A stretch of DNA of 32,000 nt, from the NCBI GenBank assembly GCA_049511795.1, contig JBEKXS010000001.1, positions 180,001 to 212,000 on the forward strand, written 5' to 3'. Numbering within the stretch: the stretch's first letter is position 1; each line of letters begins with the position of its first letter. The stretch is from Candidatus Saccharimonadota bacterium. GTDB taxonomy: Archaea; Nanobdellota; Nanobdellia; Pacearchaeales; GW2011-AR1. The notes below the pieces were generated by a model that saw only the letters and a list, made by a program, of their open reading frames with translations, searched no databases and was not told the origin of the DNA. Of the stretch, positions 18,740 through 27,296 are shown piece after piece. The translations under genes were made by a program, and so were the position numbers.

Positions 18740-18937
18740 TTACAAGGGATATGAATTGATTTTTCCTTGATAAATTCTTCTTTTACCATTGCTACAAACC
18801 CTAGAAACATAAGACTTAAGTCTAGAAAGTAGTGGTTGTAACTCAATTATTTCTCTATCAAGTTCTTCCAACCTTGTATCTCTGCTAGCTACTCCAGCTA
18901 AATCTTCTCCTTCAACTGAAAAATCATCTAATGTCAT
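18740..18937 (-). CDS. Hypothetical protein (65 aa)
   Basis: ORF only. Confidence 0.2.
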   Translation of the reverse strand: MTLDDFSVEGEDLAGVASRDTRLEELDREIIELQPLLSRLKSYVSRVCSNGKRRIYQGKINSYPL

Positions 18938-19024
18938 GGAAAGGGCAGAAAATGAGTGTTTATAAAAACTTCTATTAAAAACAACACAATAATCCTTTAA
19001 TACCAGAACAGCCCATTAAATTTC

Positions 19025-19342
19025 ATGAGAAAAGAACACAAGCACCATGTTATCATCATTTCTGTGATGATGCTCATAATTCTGGCGGTTTTTGTTTTTG
19101 TCATCCTGAACATGTCTTCTGGATTCACACCTGGAATAACAACTTATGTACCTCCTGTACAAACACAAGAAAAATTAATACCAAATATCCAGACAACATC
19201 TGCAAATCAACAAATTGCAAATAATTCTTCAACAAACATAGAAATAGATGTTTTAATCGGGTTTCTTATACTTCTTGCACTTCTTTTCATATGGTATCTT
19301 GCAATCCATATAGCAAAAGAATTGAGAGGGCACAATCCTTAA
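19025..19342 (+). CDS. Membrane protein (105 aa, N- and C-terminal TM helices)
   Basis: Two hydrophobic helices flank a T/Q/N-rich segment. Confidence 0.4.
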   Translation: MRKEHKHHVIIISVMMLIILAVFVFVILNMSSGFTPGITTYVPPVQTQEKLIPNIQTTSANQQIANNSSTNIEIDVLIGFLILLALLFIWYLAIHIAKELRGHNP

Positions 19343-19366
19343 ATATTATCTTTCTTTAAATTATTC

Positions 19367-19558
19367 ATGCCAAAAAGAAATATAACTATAATTGAGAATA
19401 AGTACAGGGCAGCCGGAGGAGGAGCATATTTCCTTGGATTCATCGGGGCCTTGATCTATTACCTCCAAACAGCAACGGGATTCGGGAACGTTGTTCTTGC
19501 AATCCTAAAGGCAATTGTCTGGCCAGCTTTCCTTGTATATCATTTGCTTGGATTGTAA
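19367..19558 (+). CDS. Small conserved-looking membrane protein (63 aa)
   Basis: The GGGAYFLGFIGALIYYLQ...LKAIVWPAFLVYHLLG pattern recalls a widespread two-TM small-protein family. The family is not named with confidence. Confidence 0.45.
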   Translation: MPKRNITIIENKYRAAGGGAYFLGFIGALIYYLQTATGFGNVVLAILKAIVWPAFLVYHLLGL

Positions 19559-19629
19559 GAATTAATAAATTGCAAATCAAAATCTAAAGCAGATTGCTAA
19601 CAATAAAAGCTAAAATATTTTTAAAAAAT

Positions 19630-19818
19630 TTACTTCTTTTTCCTTTTCATTAAAACCAGGTTAAAAATAATGGCAAGGACAGCGATTCCTGCAATCTCAT
19701 AGTTGTACAACAAAACGCTGTTTTGTGCAACATTTTTCAGGTTCATAATCATGTTTATCACGCTGTAAACCAAACCGCCTACCCAAAACCAGATTCCAGC
19801 TTTGTATGGATCTTTCAT
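19630..19818 (-). CDS. Small membrane protein (62 aa)
   Basis: Two hydrophobic helices and a basic C-terminus (MKRKKK). Confidence 0.4.
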   Translation of the reverse strand: MKDPYKAGIWFWVGGLVYSVINMIMNLKNVAQNSVLLYNYEIAGIAVLAIIFNLVLMKRKKK

Positions 19819-19917
19819 GAATTATTAAATAAAAAAGAGATTAAAAATCTAACTACTCAAAAAGCACAAAACATATTACCATAAAACTTAAATCAAGCAC
19901 TATTCATTAAAAATAGT

Positions 19918-20451
19918 ATGAAATTGATTCTTGTAAGGCATGGAGAAACAGAAGAAAATGCCCTAGGAATTATTCAAGGTTGGTCTGTTCATGGAAAGCT
20001 TTCTAAAAAAGGGGTTAATCAAGCAAAAAAGATTTCTGAAAAACTAAAAGAAACAAAAATTGATGTTATAATTACAAGCGACCTAAAAAGAGCTATAGAC
20101 ACTGCTAAAATTATTGCGGTATATCATCCAAAATCAGAATTTGTATCAACAAAAGAGCTAAGGGAAAGGAACTGGGGAGAATTTGAAGGGAAGAAAGAAT
20201 CTGATTTGGACTGGAATAAAATAGGGCATAGACATCTGGATGGTTTTGAAAAACCTAAAAACGGCGAGAGTATTGATGAATTAAACAATAGAATTAGGAA
20301 TTTTCTTCAAAATATAAAAAAGAGATACCCAAATAATAATGTTCTTGTTGTAAGCCATGACACTTTCATAAGAAACTTAATAAGAATAATCAAAGAGACT
20401 CCTAATTTTAAGGGCATAAGAAATGAGGAGATTTACAAGATTAATATTTAG
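19918..20451 (+). CDS. Histidine phosphatase family protein (phosphoglycerate mutase-like)
   Basis: LVRHGETEEN (RHG motif), SDLKRAIDTA, and VVSHDTFIRNL (second His). Confidence 0.8.
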   Translation: MKLILVRHGETEENALGIIQGWSVHGKLSKKGVNQAKKISEKLKETKIDVIITSDLKRAIDTAKIIAVYHPKSEFVSTKELRERNWGEFEGKKESDLDWNKIGHRHLDGFEKPKNGESIDELNNRIRNFLQNIKKRYPNNNVLVVSHDTFIRNLIRIIKETPNFKGIRNEEIYKINI

Positions 20452-20473
20452 CAATTATATTTCTGTAAAAAAC

Positions 20474-20980
20474 TTACTCAAACAAAGCAAAGTAAATCAC
20501 GCCGGGAATCTGGAAAAGGAAAACTCCCAAATGGTATATTGAGTTTCTTGTCAAATTAAACAGCCACGGCACACTGTACGAAGGCCCTAAGCCCTGAAGC
20601 ATTAAAACAACAGAAACAAGCATTAAAAATAACCCAAGGAAAATCCATATTCCAACAAATGTATTCAGTATCTTGTGGGAAGATTTGTCAAAAGTGCTTC
20701 TCATAATAAAAGTTACCAGTGCAAAAATCATTACTATAAAACTTAAGACAAACGGAATCCATGCAGGAATGTTTAACCCATTAAAAAAATTTCCTGTACT
20801 TCCCAACCCTTCTATTGAGATCAAATTGAACATGTCGTTGAACAAATACCATGAAAAGAGATAAAAGAGTATAAGAAGGACCTCAAACCTTTCTGGCTGC
20901 TTCCATTTTATGCTGGCAACTTCTTTTCTAAAAGGATTCTTCTTCACTTTTGCAACATCATTATCATCTTCCTCTTCCAT
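20474..20980 (-). CDS. Integral membrane protein (168 aa, about 4 TM helices)
   Basis: Acidic N-terminus followed by several long hydrophobic helices. Confidence 0.5.
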   Translation of the reverse strand: MEEEDDNDVAKVKKNPFRKEVASIKWKQPERFEVLLILFYLFSWYLFNDMFNLISIEGLGSTGNFFNGLNIPAWIPFVLSFIVMIFALVTFIMRSTFDKSSHKILNTFVGIWIFLGLFLMLVSVVLMLQGLGPSYSVPWLFNLTRNSIYHLGVFLFQIPGVIYFALFE

Positions 20981-21165
20981 TATTTATACATGCAAACCTT
21001 GTTTAAAATACTAACTAAAATCCACTCCCATAACACTTAAAAACCCTTATTTCCAAGTAATTTTGTAATGTCAGAAGTAGGGAGATTCGGTTCGTTAATA
21101 TTTCGGTCGGTTGAACTAGTTCTAAGACAGACAAATAACATGAGTGTAAGGAGGACAAAAATACA

Positions 21166-21495
21166 ATGAAAGTTTACGTAGGAAACTTGCCTTTTAGTGT
21201 AGACGACGAAAAGCTTAGAGAAATGTTCGCTAAATTCGGAGATGTTGAAGAAGCTACAATAATCAAGGACAAGTATTCAGGAAGATCAAAAGGATTCGGT
21301 TTCGTTACTTTTACAGATGACGCTGCTGCAAAGAAAGCAATTGAAGAAATGAATGAGAAAGATGTTGAAGGCAGAGCATTGAAAGTTAATGAAGCAAGGC
21401 CAATGGAAGACAGGCCGCCTAGAAGAGATTTCGGTGGAAGAGGCGGAGGAAGAGAAGGCGGAAGAAGTTTTGGTGGTCCTAGAAGAAGGTTTTAG
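21166..21495 (+). CDS. RRM-domain RNA-binding protein with an RGG-rich tail
   Basis: RNP-2 VYVGNL and RNP-1 KGFGFVTF are present, with a C-terminal RRDFGGRGGGREGGRSFGGPRRRF tail. A strong SD ggagg lies 11 nt upstream of the ATG. Confidence 0.85.
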   Translation: MKVYVGNLPFSVDDEKLREMFAKFGDVEEATIIKDKYSGRSKGFGFVTFTDDAAAKKAIEEMNEKDVEGRALKVNEARPMEDRPPRRDFGGRGGGREGGRSFGGPRRRF

Positions 21496-21653
21496 GCATT
21501 AAAACAGCCTTAAAAAATATATTTTTTATTTTTATTTTTTAAAATATCTTTTCGATTGCATAGTATTCTGTTATATATTTTACAACATATATTTTGCAGT
21601 ATATAGTTTGACTTCTGCAAAAGCTTAAATAATTCCAGAATGGATTATTTGTT

Positions 21654-21851
21654 ATGGGAAATGAATTAAAATTTAAGATAAGCGACTTCAGGCCTGTAAC
21701 AGGATACGCAGATTACGTGAAAAGAAATGCCGGAAATATTGATTCAGAATCTTCATATAATTCTAAAGAAATGTTTTTATTGAGTTATAATCTTTCATTA
21801 TTAGCAGCGGGGGTAGTTATAATAACTGGCTTGGAGAAAATTCTTCAATAG
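21654..21851 (+). CDS. Hypothetical protein with a C-terminal TM helix (65 aa)
   Basis: ORF only. Confidence 0.25.
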   Translation: MGNELKFKISDFRPVTGYADYVKRNAGNIDSESSYNSKEMFLLSYNLSLLAAGVVIITGLEKILQ

Positions 21852-21914
21852 TTATAAAATAATTCTGAAAAGAATTAGAAGATAAAAAATAAAAAAGTTA
21901 AAATAAAAGATATT

Positions 21915-22106
21915 TTACATCTTTGACATTGCGTAAATCATCCACAATGTACTCAAACCTACAAGAGCATAGATTACGCTTGTTAAAATGCCTGTACCGA
22001 AGATTGCTTCTACAAGATTGAAGCTGAAGAAGCCGATTAATCCCCAGTTAATTCCACCTATTACAACAAGTATAGTTGTAATCCAGCCCATAGCACCCAT
22101 TTTCAT
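21915..22106 (-). CDS. DUF378-like small membrane protein
   Basis: ILVVIGGINWGLIGFF.FNLV..IFG......IYALVGLS matches the DUF378 pattern. Confidence 0.6.
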   Translation of the reverse strand: MKMGAMGWITTILVVIGGINWGLIGFFSFNLVEAIFGTGILTSVIYALVGLSTLWMIYAMSKM

Positions 22107-22183
22107 TTTATACCTCCTCTTTTCATTTAGTTATGAACTTAAAACAGATTGTTTATTCAGGGTAACCGTCTATAAAAACCTAA

Positions 22184-22423
22184 CTAATTCTCGCAAATAA
22201 TATTTCTAAGCACTGCCTCAAGCCTAGAACCATCTATTGATCTTAATTTAATATAATGGGCAAAAGAAGGATTTCTCCTTAAATAATTTGGGAGAATTAT
22301 GTAACTGATTTTATATTTGTGAAGATTTTTAATTTTTTCAGTAAGTTCTCTAACTTTTTCCCTTTCTTTATTTGTTTCATCTATTGAATGCTGAATCCAG
22401 GCATATTCTGGGTAATTTTCCAT
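22184..22423 (-). CDS. Hypothetical protein (79 aa)
   Basis: ORF only. Confidence 0.3.
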   Translation of the reverse strand: MENYPEYAWIQHSIDETNKEREKVRELTEKIKNLHKYKISYIILPNYLRRNPSFAHYIKLRSIDGSRLEAVLRNIICEN

Positions 22424-22471
22424 GCAAATTTAGATGCAAAAACCATTATTAAAGATTATTATTCACAAGGC

Positions 22472-22479
22472 TTAAATAT
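22472..22479 (+). promoter_or_regulatory. Candidate TATA box for RNase P RNA (ttaaatat)
   Basis: Located about 25 nt upstream of the predicted P1 5-prime end at 22500. Confidence 0.35.
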
Positions 22480-22499
22480 GCCAGAATTGTTAATTTTTT

Positions 22500-22778
22500 G
22501 TAAGTCGGGAAGTTAACTTTCGGGATTCAGCTCTTAACTGGGCAGATGTCGAAAAATATCGATATCGAATTCTGAGGAAGGTCCGGCCACCATATAACGT
22601 TGCCTTTTGAAAAAAAGGTTCTCGCGAGGGAAAGCTCCAGAACAGAAACGATCCTATTAAGTTAGGCTGAAACGGCTGACTCAACAGGTGCAACCTCTTT
22701 GAGGGCTTAGTCGAATGTTAACACAAACTGTCTGCCTCACGGCGGAGTTTGACAGAAGCTGGCCTATTCCTGACTTAC
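22500..22778 (+). ncRNA. rnpB: RNase P RNA (archaeal, compact, about 279 nt)
   Basis: The P1 helix gtaagtcgggaa (22500-22511) pairs with ttcctgacttac (22767-22778). The CR-I-like gaggaaggtccggccacca, cagaacagaaac, aggctgaaacgg and CR-V-like gacagaagctggcctat blocks occur in the expected order. A T5 run follows. Confidence 0.7.
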
Positions 22779-22841
22779 TTTTTCTTATTTATTATCAGAA
22801 AGTCTTTTAAAACAAATATAGCTATTGTAATCAGAATATTT

Positions 22842-22913
22842 GGGCAGGTAGCTCAGTGGGAGAGCACATGACTGAAGCTCATGGCGTCGGGGGTTCGATT
22901 CCCTCTCTGCCCA
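22842..22913 (+). tRNA. tRNA-Phe (anticodon GAA)
   Basis: Hand-folded cloverleaf: acceptor GGGCAGG/UCUGCCC, D-arm GCUC/GAGC, anticodon stem CAUGA/UCAUG with loop CUGAAGC, T-arm GGGGG-UUCGAUU-CCCUC. CCA is not encoded. Confidence 0.9.
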
Positions 22914-22981
22914 TTTATACAACAACATTTATAAAATTAAAACAGCTAGTATAAAAATAAAGGTTATTAAAAAGAGGAAAA

Positions 22982-23236
22982 ATGGCTGAAGAAAAATTTG
23001 ACAAGGCTTCTGTTGCATATACTCTTGGAGTTTTAAGCATAGTTTTCGCATTCACATCTTCATTAACAGGAGTAATTGTCTCAATTATTGGGATATTCCA
23101 AAGTAAGGGATTAAAAAAAGCAAGGAGATTAAATATAATAGGCCTTGTTTTATCAATTATAATGTTCATATTCAACCTGATTGCAGGATTTTATCTTGCA
23201 AACTCAGGATTAACAACGGGAACATTCCCATTTTAA
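22982..23236 (+). CDS. Small membrane protein (84 aa), DUF4190-like
   Basis: Two TM helices with the GVLSIVFAF...G.IVSIIGI pattern. It is followed 1 nt later by the pilin-like gene. Confidence 0.4.
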   Translation: MAEEKFDKASVAYTLGVLSIVFAFTSSLTGVIVSIIGIFQSKGLKKARRLNIIGLVLSIIMFIFNLIAGFYLANSGLTTGTFPF

Positions 23237-23237
23237 A

Positions 23238-23795
23238 ATGGATAACATAGGAAGTTTCAAAAAAGGCTCAATGGAAATGTCTGTAGGGACAATGGTAACT
23301 ATAGTTCTTCTCATGGTTGTTCTTGTCCTTGGAATTTTTTTCATACAGAGAATTTTTTCAAGCGGAACAAATGCAATAGATTCAATTGATAGCCAGGTTC
23401 AAAGCCAGATACAGCAGCTTTTTGCTCAGCAAGGGACAACTGTTGCAATCTATCCTACTTCAAGAAGAGTTACATTAAATCAAGGAGACAATACTAAAGG
23501 AATTGCATTTGCTATAAAAAATCAGAACACACAGGTAACAACATTCTCATATGACATAACTGCAACAGATGTTTCAAACTGTCCTGGTGTAACAAAGGAT
23601 TTAGCAAACAGTTATGTAATTGGAAGCCAGGGTCAAGCAACAAATCTTGGTTCAGGAGCTATTTTCGGTCCGAATCTTGTTACGTTCATAATTCCAAAGA
23701 CAATGCCTTTATGCACAATGGAATACAGGCTTGATGTAACAAATCCAGATAGCAGTTCTTATGCAAGCCAAAACTTCTTCGTGACAATACAGTAA
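23238..23795 (+). CDS. Putative archaeal type IV pilin-like protein (class III signal peptide)
   Basis: The N-terminus FKKG/SMEMSVGTMVTIVLLMVVLVLGIFF has a basic stretch, Gly, then a hydrophobic helix, like prepilin-peptidase substrates. The rest is a T/S/Q/N-rich extracellular-type domain. Confidence 0.45.
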   Translation: MDNIGSFKKGSMEMSVGTMVTIVLLMVVLVLGIFFIQRIFSSGTNAIDSIDSQVQSQIQQLFAQQGTTVAIYPTSRRVTLNQGDNTKGIAFAIKNQNTQVTTFSYDITATDVSNCPGVTKDLANSYVIGSQGQATNLGSGAIFGPNLVTFIIPKTMPLCTMEYRLDVTNPDSSSYASQNFFVTIQ

Positions 23796-23833
23796 ACCTT
23801 AACTTTTATTAATCACTTTCTCTTTTATCTATC

Positions 23834-25162
23834 ATGTTGAAAGTATATAACACTTTAACAAGAAAAAAAGAAGTCTTCAAACCAATAAAAGGTAAGCAAG
23901 TGAATATTTTCGTCTGCGGGCCCACTGTTTACAATTACATTCATGCAGGAAACGCGAAAACATATGCTCAGTTTGACATGATTGTTAAATATCTCAGATT
24001 CAAAGGTTTCAAAGTATTCTATTTACAAAACATAACAGATATTGATGACAGGATAATAAAAAAATCCCAGGAAACAGGAGAGAAATGGGACAGTATAAGC
24101 AAAAAATATGAAAAATTCTACAAGGAAGATATGGAAAATCTTGGAGTTGATTCTGTGAACAAATATGCAAGCGCAACAAATTACATACCAGAAATAATTT
24201 CGCAGGTGAAAAGATTGATAGAAAAAGGTTATGCTTACAAAATTTCTGACGGCTGGTATTTTGATTTGAAAAAAGACAAAGATTACGGGAAGCTCGCGCG
24301 CAAAACATCGCTGGATGCAGAGGATGCTGTTTCAAGAATTGATGAAAGTAAGGAAAAAAGAAACTCTGGAGATTTTTGCCTGTGGAAATTTTCAAAGCCG
24401 GGGGAACCTATCTGGAAATCAAAAGAATTAGGCGACGGAAGACCAGGGTGGCATATAGAAGACACTGCAATAACTGAAAAAGAGTTCGGGCCACAATATG
24501 ACATACATGGTGGAGGAATGGATTTAATTTTTCCTCATCATGAAGCAGAAATTGCGCAAATGGAATCTATTTCTGGGGAAAAACCTTTAGTAAGATATTG
24601 GTTTCACACAGGATTTCTCAACATATCAAAAGAAAAAATGTCAAAATCAAAAGGAAATTTCAAAACACTCAGAGAGTTGCTGGAAATTTATGGCAAAAAC
24701 ACGTTGAGATATTTTTTTGCCTCGACAAATTACAGAAAACCAATTGATTTCTCAGAAGAAACTCTTGAAAATGCAAAAAATGCTGTTGAAAGGCTCAGGA
24801 ATATTGCTTCTGAATTAAAGGATGACGGAAAAACCAACAAAAAATATCTTGAAGAATTTGAAAATGAAGTTGATAACGAGCTTAATTTCCCAAATGGGCT
24901 TGCAGTCATGTGGAAAATGCTAAGAGATGAAAAAGCAGATGGAAAACTGAAAACAATTAATGAAATGAACAAAGTTTTCTGTTTTAATTTGGAAAAAGAG
25001 CATGTAAAAATCAATGATGAAATTAAAAAACTGATTATTGAAAGGGAAAAACTGAGAAAAAGTAAAAAATGGGCAGAAGCTGATAAAATTAGAGAAAAAA
25101 TTAATAAACTAGGTTTTGTATTGGAAGATACTGATAAAGGAGTTATCGCAAAAAAGAGGTAA
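23834..25162 (+). CDS. cysS: Cysteine--tRNA ligase
   Basis: CGPTVYNYIHAGNAKTY (HIGH-type motif), GWHIEDTA, HGGGMDLIFPHHEAEIAQ and KMSKSKGN. Confidence 0.9.
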   Translation: MLKVYNTLTRKKEVFKPIKGKQVNIFVCGPTVYNYIHAGNAKTYAQFDMIVKYLRFKGFKVFYLQNITDIDDRIIKKSQETGEKWDSISKKYEKFYKEDMENLGVDSVNKYASATNYIPEIISQVKRLIEKGYAYKISDGWYFDLKKDKDYGKLARKTSLDAEDAVSRIDESKEKRNSGDFCLWKFSKPGEPIWKSKELGDGRPGWHIEDTAITEKEFGPQYDIHGGGMDLIFPHHEAEIAQMESISGEKPLVRYWFHTGFLNISKEKMSKSKGNFKTLRELLEIYGKNTLRYFFASTNYRKPIDFSEETLENAKNAVERLRNIASELKDDGKTNKKYLEEFENEVDNELNFPNGLAVMWKMLRDEKADGKLKTINEMNKVFCFNLEKEHVKINDEIKKLIIEREKLRKSKKWAEADKIREKINKLGFVLEDTDKGVIAKKR

Positions 25163-25169
25163 AAGAGAA

Positions 25170-26471
25170 ATGGCTGGAAAAAAAGTTGAGTGGTATCATG
25201 ATTTTATTGATTTAAAGTACAAACCAAAAAAAAGTGATATAAAGGTTCTATTTTATTTTGAGCCTGCAAAAGGCATAACAAAAGATGATGCTATAGGAAG
25301 AATTGCTTCGGAAAGCAGCACTGGAACATGGACAACTTTATTCAAACTTCCTCCAAGAATGAAGGCGTTGATGGCAACTGCTTATAAAATTGAAGGAAAT
25401 TATGTTCATGTAGCTTATCCAATTGGTTTATGGGAAAAAGGAAACATGCCACAGCTTCTTTCAGGAATAGCAGGAAATATTTTTGGAATGAGGGCATTGC
25501 AAAATCTAAAGTTAATTGATGCTTCTTTGCCTTTGGAATATGTTAAAAGTTTTAGGGGCCCTAATTTGGGAATCCAAGGATTAAGAAAATATTTTCATGT
25601 TTACAATCGTCCTCTGACGGGCGCTGTACCAAAACCAAAAATCGGTTTCACAGCAGAAGAGCATGCAAAGATTGGCTATGAGACATGGATGGGTGGATTT
25701 GATTGTGTTAAAGATGATGAAAATTTAACAAGCACAAGTTTCAACAATTTCTACAAAAGAGTTTCATTAATGTCAAAATTAAGAGACAAAGCTGAAAAAG
25801 AAACAGGCGAAATCAAGGATGCTTTTATTAACATAACTTCAGAAACAAAAGAAATGGAAAAACGTGCAAAGTTTTTGCATGACCACGGATTCAAATATGC
25901 AATGATTGATGTTGTAACATGCGGAACAGCTGCTGTACAGACATTGAGAGAAACACTTGGTGATTTAGGAATGGCAATACATGCACACAGGGCAATGCAT
26001 TCTGCATTTGACAGAAATCCAAAGCACGGAATGTCAATGGAGTTCCTTGCAAAAATAATGAGGACAATTGGCGTTGACCAGATGCATTCTGGAACAGCAA
26101 TAGGAAAATTAATTGGAAGCAGAGAGGAAGTTTTGTCTGTTGCGAACATTCTTAGAGAAAAAAATGTTAAGTCTTACAAGAAAGTTCTATTAGAACAGGA
26201 TTGGGGAAATACAAAGCCAGCATTTCCTGTGACTTCAGGAGGACTGCATCCAGGCATAGTTCCAAATGTTATGGATATTTACGGGATAAATTCTGTTATC
26301 CTTGTTTCAGGCGGAATTCACGGACATCCAAGAGGAACAAGAGCAGGTGCAATAGCTACTATGCAGGCAATAGAAGCGACACAAAAGAAAATTTCCCTTG
26401 AAGAATATGCAAAGACACACAGAGAGCTTAGGGAGGCCTTAGAAAAATGGGGACGAATGAGGCCAGAGTAA
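25170..26471 (+). CDS. rbcL: Ribulose-1,5-bisphosphate carboxylase large subunit, form III-like (433 aa)
   Basis: ESSTGTWT, PKPKIGF, GGFDCVKDDENL (carbamylated Lys motif), HAHRAMH, DQMHSG, GKLIG, SGGLHPG and SGGIHGHPRGTRAGA. The start at 25170 (MAGKKVEWY) has gaggt 9 nt upstream. The track start at 25116 would overlap cysS. Confidence 0.9.
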   Translation: MAGKKVEWYHDFIDLKYKPKKSDIKVLFYFEPAKGITKDDAIGRIASESSTGTWTTLFKLPPRMKALMATAYKIEGNYVHVAYPIGLWEKGNMPQLLSGIAGNIFGMRALQNLKLIDASLPLEYVKSFRGPNLGIQGLRKYFHVYNRPLTGAVPKPKIGFTAEEHAKIGYETWMGGFDCVKDDENLTSTSFNNFYKRVSLMSKLRDKAEKETGEIKDAFINITSETKEMEKRAKFLHDHGFKYAMIDVVTCGTAAVQTLRETLGDLGMAIHAHRAMHSAFDRNPKHGMSMEFLAKIMRTIGVDQMHSGTAIGKLIGSREEVLSVANILREKNVKSYKKVLLEQDWGNTKPAFPVTSGGLHPGIVPNVMDIYGINSVILVSGGIHGHPRGTRAGAIATMQAIEATQKKISLEEYAKTHRELREALEKWGRMRPE

Positions 26472-26488
26472 AAAATTCTTAAAATAAA

Positions 26489-26935
26489 ATGCCAAAATAC
26501 AGAAAAGCTGTTTTTGCTTTGCCTTATGCAAAAACGAAAGATGGAATTGAATACATTCTTCTTAAAAGAAGGCTTCATTGGATTGGATGGGAATTTACTA
26601 AGGGTGGAATAGAAAAAGGAGAGACAAAAGAGCAGACAGCAAGGCGAGAGTTAATGGAAGAAACAGGAAGAAAGGCAATAAAAATTAAAAAATTTAATTA
26701 TTCTGGAAAATATAGATATAACAAAAAATTTCCAACGAGGATTGGAATGGTTGGACAGACTTTCACTCTTTTTGCAGCAGAAGTAAAAAAAGGACTTGTA
26801 ACAATCTCGAGAAAAGAACATTCAAGGCACAAGTGGGTTTCTTATTCTCAGGCAATGAAGATGCTGAAGTTTGCAGACCAAAGAAAATCCTTAAGAATTG
26901 TGAATTCCTGGTTAATGCATGGCAGAAAAAATTAA
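26489..26935 (+). CDS. NUDIX hydrolase
   Basis: The Nudix box GGIEKGETKEQTARRELMEETG fits GX5EX7REUXEEXGU. Confidence 0.8.
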   Translation: MPKYRKAVFALPYAKTKDGIEYILLKRRLHWIGWEFTKGGIEKGETKEQTARRELMEETGRKAIKIKKFNYSGKYRYNKKFPTRIGMVGQTFTLFAAEVKKGLVTISRKEHSRHKWVSYSQAMKMLKFADQRKSLRIVNSWLMHGRKN

Positions 26936-27296
26936 GTTCAGGGAAATAAAACTTGTTTCAGGTTCTGAATTTATTCTTGGTAGGGATGAAAAAAGCAACG
27001 ATGAATTAATGAAGAAGTACAAAGGAAAAGAAAATATAATTCTACATACAAGAGCTCCTGGAAGCCCTTTCTGCGTCATAAAAACTAAAATATTTGATGG
27101 TGATGTAAATGCTGCAGCTGTTCTTTGCGCAAGATACAGCCAGGACTGGAGAAACAACAAGAAAAATGTTGCAGTAAATGTTTTCACAGGAAAAGATATT
27201 TCAAAAGAAAAAGGAATGAAAGCAGGAACATGGAATGTAAAAAAATTCACGACAATAATAGTTAAAAAGGAAGAAATTTTGAAAGTTCTGAAATGA
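26919..27296 (+). CDS. Stand-alone NFACT-R (DUF814) domain protein
   Basis: FILGRDEKSNDELMKKYKGKENIILHTRAPGSPFCVIK matches the DUF814 pattern (GRn..eNdeL..ky....d.wlH....GS..vi). Confidence 0.6.
   Translation: MAEKIKFREIKLVSGSEFILGRDEKSNDELMKKYKGKENIILHTRAPGSPFCVIKTKIFDGDVNAAAVLCARYSQDWRNNKKNVAVNVFTGKDISKEKGMKAGTWNVKKFTTIIVKKEEILKVLK

Noticed and set aside
22490-22693. 67-aa minus-strand ORF.
   Set aside because: It is antisense to the RNase P RNA, whose conserved blocks and P1 helix explain the region.
22500-22778. Alternative reading of this structured RNA as SRP (7S) RNA because of the ggtccgg element.
   Set aside because: The order gaggaaggtccgg ... acagaaac ... gacagaag..ggcctat, plus a terminal helix joining the two ends, fits RNase P. 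I saw no SRP helix-8-type GGAA/AGCA loop pattern. A covariance-model check is still needed.
25116-25169. Upstream start for RuBisCO given by the ORF track (MYWKILIKEL...).
   Set aside because: It would overlap the cysS 3-prime end by 47 nt and add a non-homologous leader. The ATG at 25170 has a gaggt SD 9 nt upstream and begins the conserved N-terminus.
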